Shown piece after piece: positions 1-8,918 of a stretch of 12,888 nt of DNA. Every line of letters begins with the position of its first letter. The first letter of the stretch is position 1. Origin of the DNA: Octopus sinensis (lineage: Eukaryota); contig NW_021826483.1 in assembly GCF_006345805.1 (NCBI RefSeq), positions 1-12,888 on the forward strand. The letters are read 5' to 3'. The notes under the pieces are model-generated. The model searched no databases. It was not told the origin of the DNA and saw nothing but the letters and a program-made list of their open reading frames with translations. The position numbers and the translations under genes were made by a program.

Positions 1-25
1 TAACAAACTGAGTAGATAACAGCAA

Positions 26-190
26 CATTTGGACTCAGAACACAAAATCCTGAACCAATACTGCAAGGCATCCATCTCGTTCGACGCTCCAAAAATCCAG
101 CCAATCCACCATTCTGGACAGCCACTTTATTTTATCGATCTCGATAGATGATAAGCAAGGTCAACCGTGGCAGAATCCGAATTTAGATCA
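26..190 (-). mobile_element. Two decayed fragments of tRNA-like SINE family B
   Basis: atttggactcagaac...aatactgcaaggcat (26-110) and tttattttatcgatctcgatagatgataagcaaggtcaacc...gaattt (~124-190) align by eye to the more complete copy at 5231-5408. The family is recalled from octopus repeats; no database search was run. Confidence 0.6.
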
Positions 191-429
191 AATAACTCAA
201 ACTGATTTATTCTGTTCTTCATCGGTTAAGTGATGCCGTAGTTATAGTTATAGCGACTAAAATATTTGCTGTAAAAGTGGCTATTGAAATATTAGTAGGG
301 GAGTTAGCTGCTTAGTGGTATTTGCCGTAGTGGCTTTTATGATAGTACCCATGCCTTGGCACCAAATATCATACTGCGTCAAAGACTCAAATTTTACACA
401 AATTTTAGAACTTTTACATTATCCGTTAT

Positions 430-775
430 TTTTGGTGTTGGTGGTAGTGTAGATTGATGTGTGATTACTCTGTAGTAGGAGCAGTTGTAGTTGTAGATCT
501 TAGTTGTTCTTTCTAGCAAGTCTATCTACTATGTAGAAGCACATTTGTTGGTCCATTTTTGCTGTGGTTGCTGTAGTTCTTGAAATGCTTGCTTTAACCG
601 TTTCAATTGTTGTGACTGTTTTCTCGTGGTAGCTACTATGACATCCTTATTATTGCTGTTGTTGCAGTGGTTCTTGTGACTTCCGTTGATGTTGCGTTTG
701 TTGTTGATGCTGCTGCTGTTACATTTATTGTTGCTGTTGATGTTATCGGTGTGGGGGTGGTGGCTGCTAGTATAA
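430..775. repeat. Degenerate GTT/GTA/GCT trinucleotide low-complexity tract
   Basis: Runs such as gttgatgttgcgtttgttgttgatgctgctgctgtt and gcagttgtagttgtag. Confidence 0.7.
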
Positions 776-1091
776 TAAGCACTTAGGGGCCCGTATTGCT
801 GTTAAGGTAGTCTAGTGTATGTATGTATTTGTGCCTATATTCGACTGCGTCGGTAAACAACATTGTTTCCTTATACCTAAGGTTTCATACGGTTTTCGAC
901 AATTAGCTACACTCATCGATAAGTGTGAAACTAAACAGATTCATCGACAAGTACAGTCAACACAGCGAAAAAAAAAATCAGCTATGAAGAATTGATCTCG
1001 TTTTACCGACAAACAGTTTAATAGATTCCATTCTCTTTTAGCAGGTGCGTAATCAGTACATTGCGTTTCTTCAGCTCGAAAACACAAATAC

Positions 1092-1241
1092 TATACATAC
1101 ATGCATACATACATGCATACATACATACATACATACATACATTCATACATACATACATACATACATACATACATACATACATACATACATACATACATAC
1201 ACACATGCATACATACGTACATATATGCATGAATGCGTGCG

Positions 1242-1287
<46 letters not shown>

Positions 1288-1452
1288 GATATTTGTGACT
1301 ATGAATATATGCGTATACATATGTACATGCATATATATACATATATATATATATATATACATACATTTATATGTATAAATATACATACACACACGCGCGA
1401 GCTCATGCACACAGACACCGACATACACACATACACACGCACACAACATATA
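1092..1452. repeat. Compound microsatellite (TACA)n/(TA)n/(CA)n
   Basis: Long (TACA)n run to ~1265, then (TA)n and CA-rich repeats. It generates the spurious IHTY/MYVC ORFs. Confidence 0.97.
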
Positions 1453-1794
1453 TACTCTTTTACTCTTTTACTTTGACTGCGGCCATGCTGGAGCGCCGCC
1501 TTTAGTCGAGAAAATCGACCCCAGGACTTATTCTTTGTAAGCCTGGTACTTATTCTATCGGTCTCTTTTGCCGAACCAGCATCGGTTGTCAAGCGATGTT
1601 GGGGGGGGGGACACACATATATATATATATACAACGGGCTTCTTTCAGTTTCCGTCTACCAAATCCACTCGCAAGGCTTTGTTCGGCCCGAGGCTATAGT
1701 AGAAGACACTTGCCCAAGGTGCCACGCAGTGGGAATGAACCCGGAACCATGTGGTTGGTAAGGAAGCTACTTAACACACAGCCACTCCTGCGCT
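1453..1794 (-). mobile_element. tRNA-derived CORE-like SINE, family A (octopus type), near full length
   Basis: Minus strand has an A-box-like TGGCTGTGTG, a B-box-like GGTTCATTCCC, and ACCTTGGGCAAGTGTCTT resembling the MIR CORE motif. It then has an internal (TA)n linker, a 3' body and an (AAAAGAGT)n tail. Clearly homologous to 3583-3972, 5690-5890, 7278-7441 and 7871-8074. Confidence 0.9.
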
Positions 1795-1850
1795 ATATAT
1801 ATATATATTATATATATATATACACATTATATCTACATGCATACATATAG
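1795..1850. repeat. (TA)n microsatellite abutting SINE head
   Basis: tatatatatatatattatatatatata. Confidence 0.9.
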
Positions 1851-1901
1851 TAGCAATAATAGCAGTACTGGAAATAAAAATATCGTCAAAATATTTGTCG
1901 A

Positions 1902-1983
1902 AGTAGTAGTTGTAGTGGTAGTAGTAGTAGTAATTGTAGCGTTGGTAGTAGTTGTAGTGTTGGTAGTAGTAGTAGTAGTAATA
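1902..1983. repeat. (GTA/GTT)n trinucleotide repeat
   Basis: agtagtagttgtagtggtagtagtagtag...; source of the poly-V and poly-T ORFs. Confidence 0.9.
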
Positions 1984-2039
1984 TCGTTCAAGGTATTAAT
2001 GATAATATTCGATATAAATTTCCTTACGCAAAAAAAAAT

Positions 2040-2477
<438 letters not shown>

Positions 2478-2751
2478 AATAGCAAGTCTCTGTATTAAGT
2501 TTCGCTGTCAGATAAAGCCAATTTGTCAAGTGAAATGTTGTTGCCGAAAGCGAGGCTTTGGAGGAGAAAGATGGTGGAAAATGTGCTGTTGATAGCTTTG
2601 CATGGTGCAATTTTTAAAAGCAGTATATGTGTGCTTTAAGATTCTCTATGTTTGTTTACTTACAGTAATTTTTCTTTCTTATACGACGAGCAAACTACAT
2701 GATTTAAGACATGTTACAATGTCTGTATCTCTAAACTAGGATATTTTCAAC

Positions 2752-3145
<394 letters not shown>

Positions 3146-3290
3146 AATAATCAAGGTTGGTAGCAGCAATTTAAAACAAACAATATATTATTGTATTACG
3201 GGATGGTCACTTTTTTTTTGCTAAATAAACACACGCACTATATATTCCTTCTTCACTTGTTTATTACTGTTCTTATTTTAACTCCTGTCC

Positions 3291-3340
3291 AATGTCCGGA
3301 AATCTTTCGTCACACGTCTGCGACCTCTTCAGTGACACTC
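3291..3340 (-). ncRNA. Minimal type I hammerhead-ribozyme-like motif (possibly a decayed Penelope-like element remnant)
   Basis: Minus strand reads GTGTCA-CTGAAGA-G-GTCGCA-GACG-TGTGAC-GAAA-GA-TTTC-CGGACA. This gives a CUGANGA core (3332-3326), a 6-bp stem II with one G-U pair closed by a G-C pair, GAAA, and a near-palindromic GAAA-GA-TTTC stem III. Stem I is imperfect. AATAAA lies downstream (+ strand tttatt 3260-3265). Confidence 0.55.
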
Positions 3341-3516
3341 TCCGTGTGTGTGTGTATGTGTGTGTGGATGACTAATATTGTAATATAAATGATATTAAAC
3401 GTTATAAAAACCAATTTAGTTTAGAAAAATGTAACACATAATCCGAATGAAAAAGGTCTCGAGTCAGTTACGTTAGAATAGCGGAGTTGTGTTTCTGTGC
3501 CTTTAACGTTGTAATG

Positions 3517-3578
3517 CACACACACTCACACACACACACACACTCACACACACACACACACTCACACACACACACACA
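3517..3578. repeat. (CA)n microsatellite with CT interruptions
   Basis: cacacacactcacacacacacac... Confidence 0.95.
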
Positions 3579-3582
3579 TTCG

Positions 3583-3970
3583 TTCACTTGTTTCAGTCAT
3601 TTGACTGTTGCCATGCTGGAGCACCACCTTCTGTCGAACTTATTTTGTCGGGTCTTATTCTAGTTAAGCCTAGTACTTATTCTATCGGACTTTTTTGCTG
3701 AACCGTTATTGTTACGGATACATAAACACACCAACATTGGTGTCAAGCGATGGTGGGGGATAAACACAGACATACAAACATAGACATACATACATACACA
3801 CACACACAAACACTGGCTTCTTTCAGTTTCCGTCTACCAAATTCACTCACAGGGCTATGGTCGGCTCGAGGCCAAAGTACAAGATACTTCCCCAAGGTAC
3901 CACGCAGTGGGACTGAACCCGGAACCATGTGGTTGGGAACCAAGCTTTTTACCACATAACCACTCCTGAG

Positions 3971-3972
<2 letters not shown>
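3583..3972 (-). mobile_element. SINE family A, full-length copy
   Basis: Contains cttgtttcagtcatttgactg...gccatgctggagcacc, tagtacttattctatcgg, ggcttctttcagtttccgtctaccaaa and cccaaggtaccacgcagtgggactgaacccggaaccatgtggttgg. Collinear with 1453-1794. Confidence 0.9.

Positions 3973-3974
<2 letters not shown>

Positions 3975-4006
<32 letters not shown>
3975..4006. repeat. (TA)n microsatellite abutting SINE head
   Basis: Perfect TA run. Confidence 0.95.
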
Positions 4007-4008
<2 letters not shown>

Positions 4009-4759
4009 CTAGACAACGGTACTCTTAGTTCCAACTTAAGTCAAATGTTTTGGGATAACTAAAATAACTGGTTCTATGTTTTTTCTCTCGAAGAAAACCA
4101 TGTATATTATATATATATGTATACAGCAACTTCTGGTTTTGCCTGCTGTAGTATAAATGTAGCAAGGGGTTAACTCATTGCATATAGACACTGATATATA
4201 CTGATTATTTCCTTTGGAAATTGATGTAAGAAAATAAGAAGAATAAAAGAAGATATAGAAAGAAAAGTACCAAGAAAATCTGTTGACAACGGTATATTAA
4301 GTACAAGAAGATTAGTGAAAAGGTAAAACCAGAAAGTAATGATTTAATTGTTGAGTATAATGATATTAAAGTGCGTCAGGTTATTGAGCAAAGAGAGTAA
4401 TAGTTAAGTGTTAATCCGTTTAAACTAGGGATGGTGTGTACAGCCAATATTTTGGAAGATACTCTAGCAAAAATGGCGGTATTTGGTAAAGTTATTTATC
4501 TTGTATTTAGACCATTTGCAAAATTCTTGATAGTTTTTAATTCTTTCCAACTGTACATAAACCGCAGCTTTTTATTCTACTTTTAAATGATCTGCATTGC
4601 TCAAGGATTTTTTTTTTTATTCCGAAATCAGTACGTTGTACGTTCAAATTCAAATGCGATTAGTTAATATTTTTGTGTTCTAATGTCTACTTTACGAAAT
4701 CATTGTAACCTGAAACAAATATTGACGTGTAGCATTTAAGCAGAAGAGTTGCTGCTGTG

Positions 4760-4965
4760 TAATTGTTTTTGCTTTGTTTAGCCTAAGATCTTCCCACATT
4801 GATTAGATCTGTTATCAAAAGCATTCCAGTCGTGACTATCCCGTATTTTAAAATTCACTTAGGAATACTTAGTTCACGTGTGTTCCCATATATAAGATGA
4901 AAAAATGTGATTTCTGTGAGATTTGGCTGCTATCTCTAGCATGTCGAGCGAACACATTGAGGTTG
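4760..4965. mobile_element. Decayed interspersed repeat (family C), class unclear
   Basis: gcattccagtcgtgactatcccgt and agatttggctgctatctctagcatgtcgagcg are recalled as common octopus repeat motifs. In-window support: ggctgctat.tctagca recurs at 8392-8408. Boundaries are approximate. Confidence 0.4.
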
Positions 4966-5230
4966 GTGTGTTGAATGGTTGTTACACAAGTACATAAAAC
5001 TAATATAAGAAAAAAATTAAATGATATAAACACAAGAAAAAGTGGAAAAAAAGTACGAAAGAAGGAAACAAATAATTTTAAATCATATTTCCAGAGAATT
5101 GAAGTTCCAAAGACATGGAACAAGGTATTGAATTTTTAAGAAGGAACAATGACCCTGACTATTATTGCTTTGTAATGATTTTGAATAGTTTTAAGGCCAG
5201 AAATTTGGCATGAAACGAACAGTTAATTAG

Positions 5231-5408
5231 ATTAATATCAACTCCAGTACTTGACTGATACTATTTTTTTTTTATCAACCACCGAAAGATAAAAAGCAAA
5301 GTTGAACTTGATGGGACCCGAACTCAAAACGCAAAGAGCTGGAACAAATACCGCAAGGTATTTTTTTTTCTGACGCTGACACTCAAATGATGTTGACAAT
5401 CCACTGCT
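5231..5408 (-). mobile_element. tRNA-like SINE family B
   Basis: ccagtacttgactgatact...tttatcaaccaccgaaagataaaaagcaaagttgaac...gaactcaaaacgcaaagagctggaacaaataccgcaaggtatt. B-box-like GAGTTCGGGT on the minus strand; homologous to 26-190 and 6211-6400. Confidence 0.7.
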
Positions 5409-5432
5409 GTGCTGATACTATGAAAATAATAT

Positions 5433-5623
5433 CTAACATAGGTGCAACGCCAGACATTTAGGTGGCGGGGGAGGGGGACAATTAAATATATCAGTTCTAA
5501 AAAACAAAGCAGAAGACGAATTCAATCTCTTTAGGATTCGAATTCGATAGGATGTAGACGCCTGTAGTTAAATATCACAACGCAGTTTACGCGACATCTC
5601 AACGAACCTGCCACCTCCCCACC
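5433..5623 (-). mobile_element. SINE family B, highly decayed tandem copy
   Basis: ggattcgaattcgatagg...aaatatcacaacgcagtt...aacgaacctgccacctcccacct parallels the head of the adjacent copy. Confidence 0.45.
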
Positions 5624-5689
5624 TAACACTTCTGTTTAATGAAAATAAAATGACAATAGAAAATTCTGCAGAAGCTAAATCTTGTATTT

Positions 5690-5890
5690 TTGACTTGTTT
5701 TAGTCATTGGACTGTGGCCATGCTGGGATATCTCCTTGAATGGTTTAGTCGAACAAATAGACTCCTATATTTATTTTTTAAAAGTCTAGTACTTATTCTA
5801 TCGGTCTCTTTTGCCGAAACGTTAAGTCAGGTGATGCATAAACAGACCAACACCATTTATGAAGCAATCTAGGGGACAAACACAAACACA
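5690..5890 (-). mobile_element. SINE family A, 3' half only
   Basis: gacttgttttagtcattggactgtggccatgctgg...tagtacttattctatcggtctcttttgccgaa...ggggacaaacac matches the bodies of the other copies. The tRNA head is absent. Confidence 0.8.
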
Positions 5891-6210
5891 ATGATGCATA
5901 CTCACACACACAAATATACACGCACAAAAACACACATATTGCAAATGTTACAAAATAATTTTTCTTCGTCTTTTGTTTTTGAACTTCCATCTCCAAACAA
6001 AAACAGGGCCTATGCAATTAACCAAACATGTAAGCGGTGCGCGTTAACTTAAAAGAAGAGCTGCTAGAAAAAGGTAGAATTACAAGAGCATACAAGATGA
6101 CAGTGTCAATAATAGATTATTCTCTCCGTAGCTACACTCGGTTTCACGTTAAAAAAAAATTTTTTTTTCCATTTGTAGAATAAAGAGAGAACAGATATGT
6201 CATCGACTAT

Positions 6211-6400
6211 AATCACAGGGACTTACATTTGGGAGATGGGGATGATAGTTGAGTCTTTTCAAGTCGCTCCTGAGTTTTCCTGGTATTTACTTATTTTATT
6301 AACTCGGGAGGAAGAAAGTTAAAGCCGATCTCGGCAGAACTTAAGCTCAGAGCATAAAGATACGTAACTAAATATAACAAAGTATTTTATTGGTTCTTGT
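6211..6400 (-). mobile_element. SINE family B, decayed copy
   Basis: acttattttattaactcgggaggaagaaagttaaagccgatctcggcagaacttaagctcagagcataaag aligns to 124-190 and 5260-5335. Confidence 0.55.
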
Positions 6401-6683
6401 TATTTCGGCAAAACAAAACGATATTAACGGTATGTTTGAGTTACTCAATCCCTCAAAAACCATAGAACAATGGAGTAAGTTGTATAAAGATCATGAATGC
6501 CATCTACACCCCAGCGCTGGTTAAAAAAGAATAGAAAGAAAAGGGGAAGGGTAGGTAAAGGGACATAGATCTACTGAAAGTTATCAAACAACTGGTTATT
6601 GGTGATGAATAATGATTTGTGGCTTAATGAGGGGGCAAGTAAAAGAAGAATATATAATAGGAAATATTCAAGAAACAACTTTC

Positions 6684-6779
6684 AGAGAGAGTGAGAGGGA
6701 GAGAAGGAGAGGAGAGAGTGGAAAGAAAGAGAGGGGAGAGAGAGGGGGAGGGAGGGGGAGAGAGAGGGGAGAGAGAGAA
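6684..6779. repeat. Homopurine (GA/GGA) tract
   Basis: Almost exclusively A/G on the + strand. Confidence 0.9.
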
Positions 6780-7080
6780 TGCCGAAGGAAGAACGACTTG
6801 TTCACTATGCTGTAGTATCGAATTCTTGTGTGTGATATTTGGATTACAGTGTGTGAGTTGTAGAATTTAGGGCTGTGTATTATTAATGACAGCACAGGAT
6901 GATCTGTGTGCGAAGGGGAATTAGGTTGAATATTGTAATGCCTGGCAACTATATGAAGTGGTTATTCATACTAACCACTGGTACTCATGCAACTCTATCA
7001 AGTTTTAATTGTTGATTTGTTTTATCAGAATACTTCTTTTATCCGCAGGTTACCGACTTTACAGCTTGTGGCTTACAGTA

Positions 7081-7108
7081 TATGTATATATGCATATATA
7101 TATATATC

Positions 7109-7159
<51 letters not shown>

Positions 7160-7192
7160 CTATATATATATATATATATATCCATATGTAAA
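7081..7192. repeat. (TA)n microsatellite
   Basis: Interrupted TA run. Confidence 0.95.
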
Positions 7193-7277
7193 TACGTATA
7201 CATCAATCTATTAATATCTTTCCTCCTTAAGCTGTGTCACATACATACAAACAAACTTGCGTATATATATGTACCAT

Positions 7278-7441
7278 AGGCGTAGGTGTGGTTGTGTGTA
7301 AGAAGCTTGCTTCTCAAACACATAGTTCTAGGTTCAGTCCCACTGTCTGGAACCTTGGGCAAGTGTCTTCTACTATAGCCCCAGGCTGACTAAGTCCTTG
7401 TGAATGGATTTGGTAGACGGGAACTGAAAGAAGCCAGTCGT
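7278..7441 (+). mobile_element. SINE family A, 5' half (tRNA head + CORE-like segment)
   Basis: aggcgtaggtgtggttgtgtg...ggttcagtcccactg...accttgggcaagtgtcttctactatagcc...ggatttggtagacgggaactgaaagaagcc is the reverse complement of the head of 1453-1794. Confidence 0.88.
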
Positions 7442-7493
7442 ATATATATATATACTATATATATATAATATATATATATTATATATATATATA
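7441..7493. repeat. (TA)n at the SINE internal linker
   Basis: TA run directly after gaagccagtcg. Confidence 0.9.
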
Positions 7494-7870
7494 ATTCATA
7501 AATGAGGGCAAAGGAAAAAATTTCTAATGCCAATATGCCGAAAAATTGGACATATTGTTCATTAACCATATATTTTTTCACAATACACACGCTACTCGAA
7601 AAAGGTCGACAGAAATTTCTAAAAAATTCCATTATTACCATATCGGACCGATTTCAGTGTTAGCTACTAAGAGCCCTCTCTTCGTCAGTGATACATGTGG
7701 CAAAAGAAATAAATAGAGATACTTACTCATACCCATGGAAGAAGCAAACACCAAGTCATGGGCACAACTAATTACCCCAAATACATCCAAAATAGAAATA
7801 CTCCAGCCCATTCGAGACACGTGCGATTTGAACTGAGGCTCTCACAGAGTGAGATAGTTCAGAAGTATGC

Positions 7871-8074
7871 ATATATTTATGTGCGTGTGTCTGTGTTTGT
7901 CCACTCCACCCTGTAACTTAGCTGTTCGGCAAAAGAGGCCGATAGAACAAGCATTAGGCTTACAAAGAATAAGTCCTGATGTCGATTTCTTCGACTAAAA
8001 CCCTTTAAGGTGGTGCTCTAGCATGACCGCAGTCAAATGACTGAAACAAGTAAAAGAGTAAAAGTGTAAAAGAA
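7871..8074 (+). mobile_element. SINE family A, 3' half with (AAAAGAGT)n tail
   Basis: tgtgtttgtcc...gtaacttagctgttcggcaaaagaggccgatagaa...ggcttacaaagaataagtcctg...gcagtcaaatgactgaaacaagtaaaagagtaaaag. Confidence 0.88.
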
Positions 8075-8075
8075 T

Positions 8076-8152
8076 ATGTATACATGCATACACACACATG
8101 TATGTATGTATGTATGTATGTATGTATGTATGTATGTATGTATGTATGTATG

Positions 8153-8187
<35 letters not shown>

Positions 8188-8300
8188 ATCTATCTATCTA
8201 TACATGCATATTCATGTATGTATATATGCATGTATGCATGTATGTATATATATATATACATACATTATAATATAAATATTATAAATATTATTAAAATAAG
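8076..8300. repeat. Compound microsatellite (TATG)n-(CT)n-(TATC)n-(TA)n
   Basis: Visible tandem units; source of the MYVC ORFs. Confidence 0.95.
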
Positions 8301-8348
8301 ATTAATATCCAGCACGGATAAAGCACCATATAGATAGAATTATAAATT

Positions 8349-8439
8349 TATAAAGCAGGTGTACAGCTCTACACAGCGCCGTAAACTTACCGGCTGCTAT
8401 TTCTAGCAATGGTCGAACTTCGTGTACACCTGCTTTATA
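8349..8439. mobile_element. 91-bp fold-back / MITE-like element with 17-bp perfect inverted repeats
   Basis: tataaagcaggtgtaca (8349-8365) and tgtacacctgctttata (8423-8439) are exact reverse complements. The outermost TA could be a target-site duplication. Confidence 0.55.
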
Positions 8440-8521
8440 TATATATATTATATATATATATATATTATATATATATAATATATATTATATATATATATAT
8501 ATACATACATACATACATACA
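8440..8521. repeat. (TA)n-(TACA)n microsatellite
   Basis: Visible tandem units. Confidence 0.93.
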
Positions 8522-8750
8522 TTGTCTATGTGTTAAATTAGTATTGGATACTCTATAATTTCACTCAAAAACATGAGATATGACTTTTATGTAATTCGCA
8601 TGCTAAATTATCATTGACACCGAATGCGACTCCATATGCATGTGAGCAAACTGTATAGCTTCTCACATGCACATGCAGCTTGGTAAATTCGTGTGAAGAT
8701 CTTCACACGAACACGACTACTAAATAAGTATATTTAGTATATTTAGCACA

Positions 8751-8918
8751 CGTTATGAGTGTTCATTTTCTCTAGTTGTGTAGACAAGTGATTCTACATC
8801 GCTTAAATAATTGATATGACACATAATAGGCAAATGCACGTCAGTATGTAAGCCGAATGTCTGTGCTACAGAATTATTAGCTGAATAAAGTCTTTGGTAT
8901 ACGGATCTTTTATCGTAC
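8751..8918 (+). repeat. Putative 5' LTR
   Basis: Starts cgttatg (tgttatg at 11701). 8802-8836 matches 11794-11828 at 27/35. agtctttggtatacggat is identical at 8889-8906 and 11878-11895. AATAAA at 8884-8889. Confidence 0.65.

Noticed and set aside
849-1010. gtcggtaaa / tttaccgac 9-bp inverted repeat around ~145 bp, with an internal tcatcga.aagt duplication
   Set aside because: Too short, no TSD and no second copy; compatible with chance.
4270-4600. Stop-poor stretches in unique DNA (KKISEKVKPESNDLIVEY..., MVCTANILEDTLAKM...)
   Set aside because: Short, with no recognisable motif or splice structure.
7035-7083. Possible 29-nt exon (ttcttttatccgcag|...|gtatat)
   Set aside because: Weak donor, length not a multiple of 3, and no supporting neighbouring exons.
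7640-7692. CTGACGA on the minus strand as a second hammerhead core
   Set aside because: No stem II closing onto GAAA at the right spacing.
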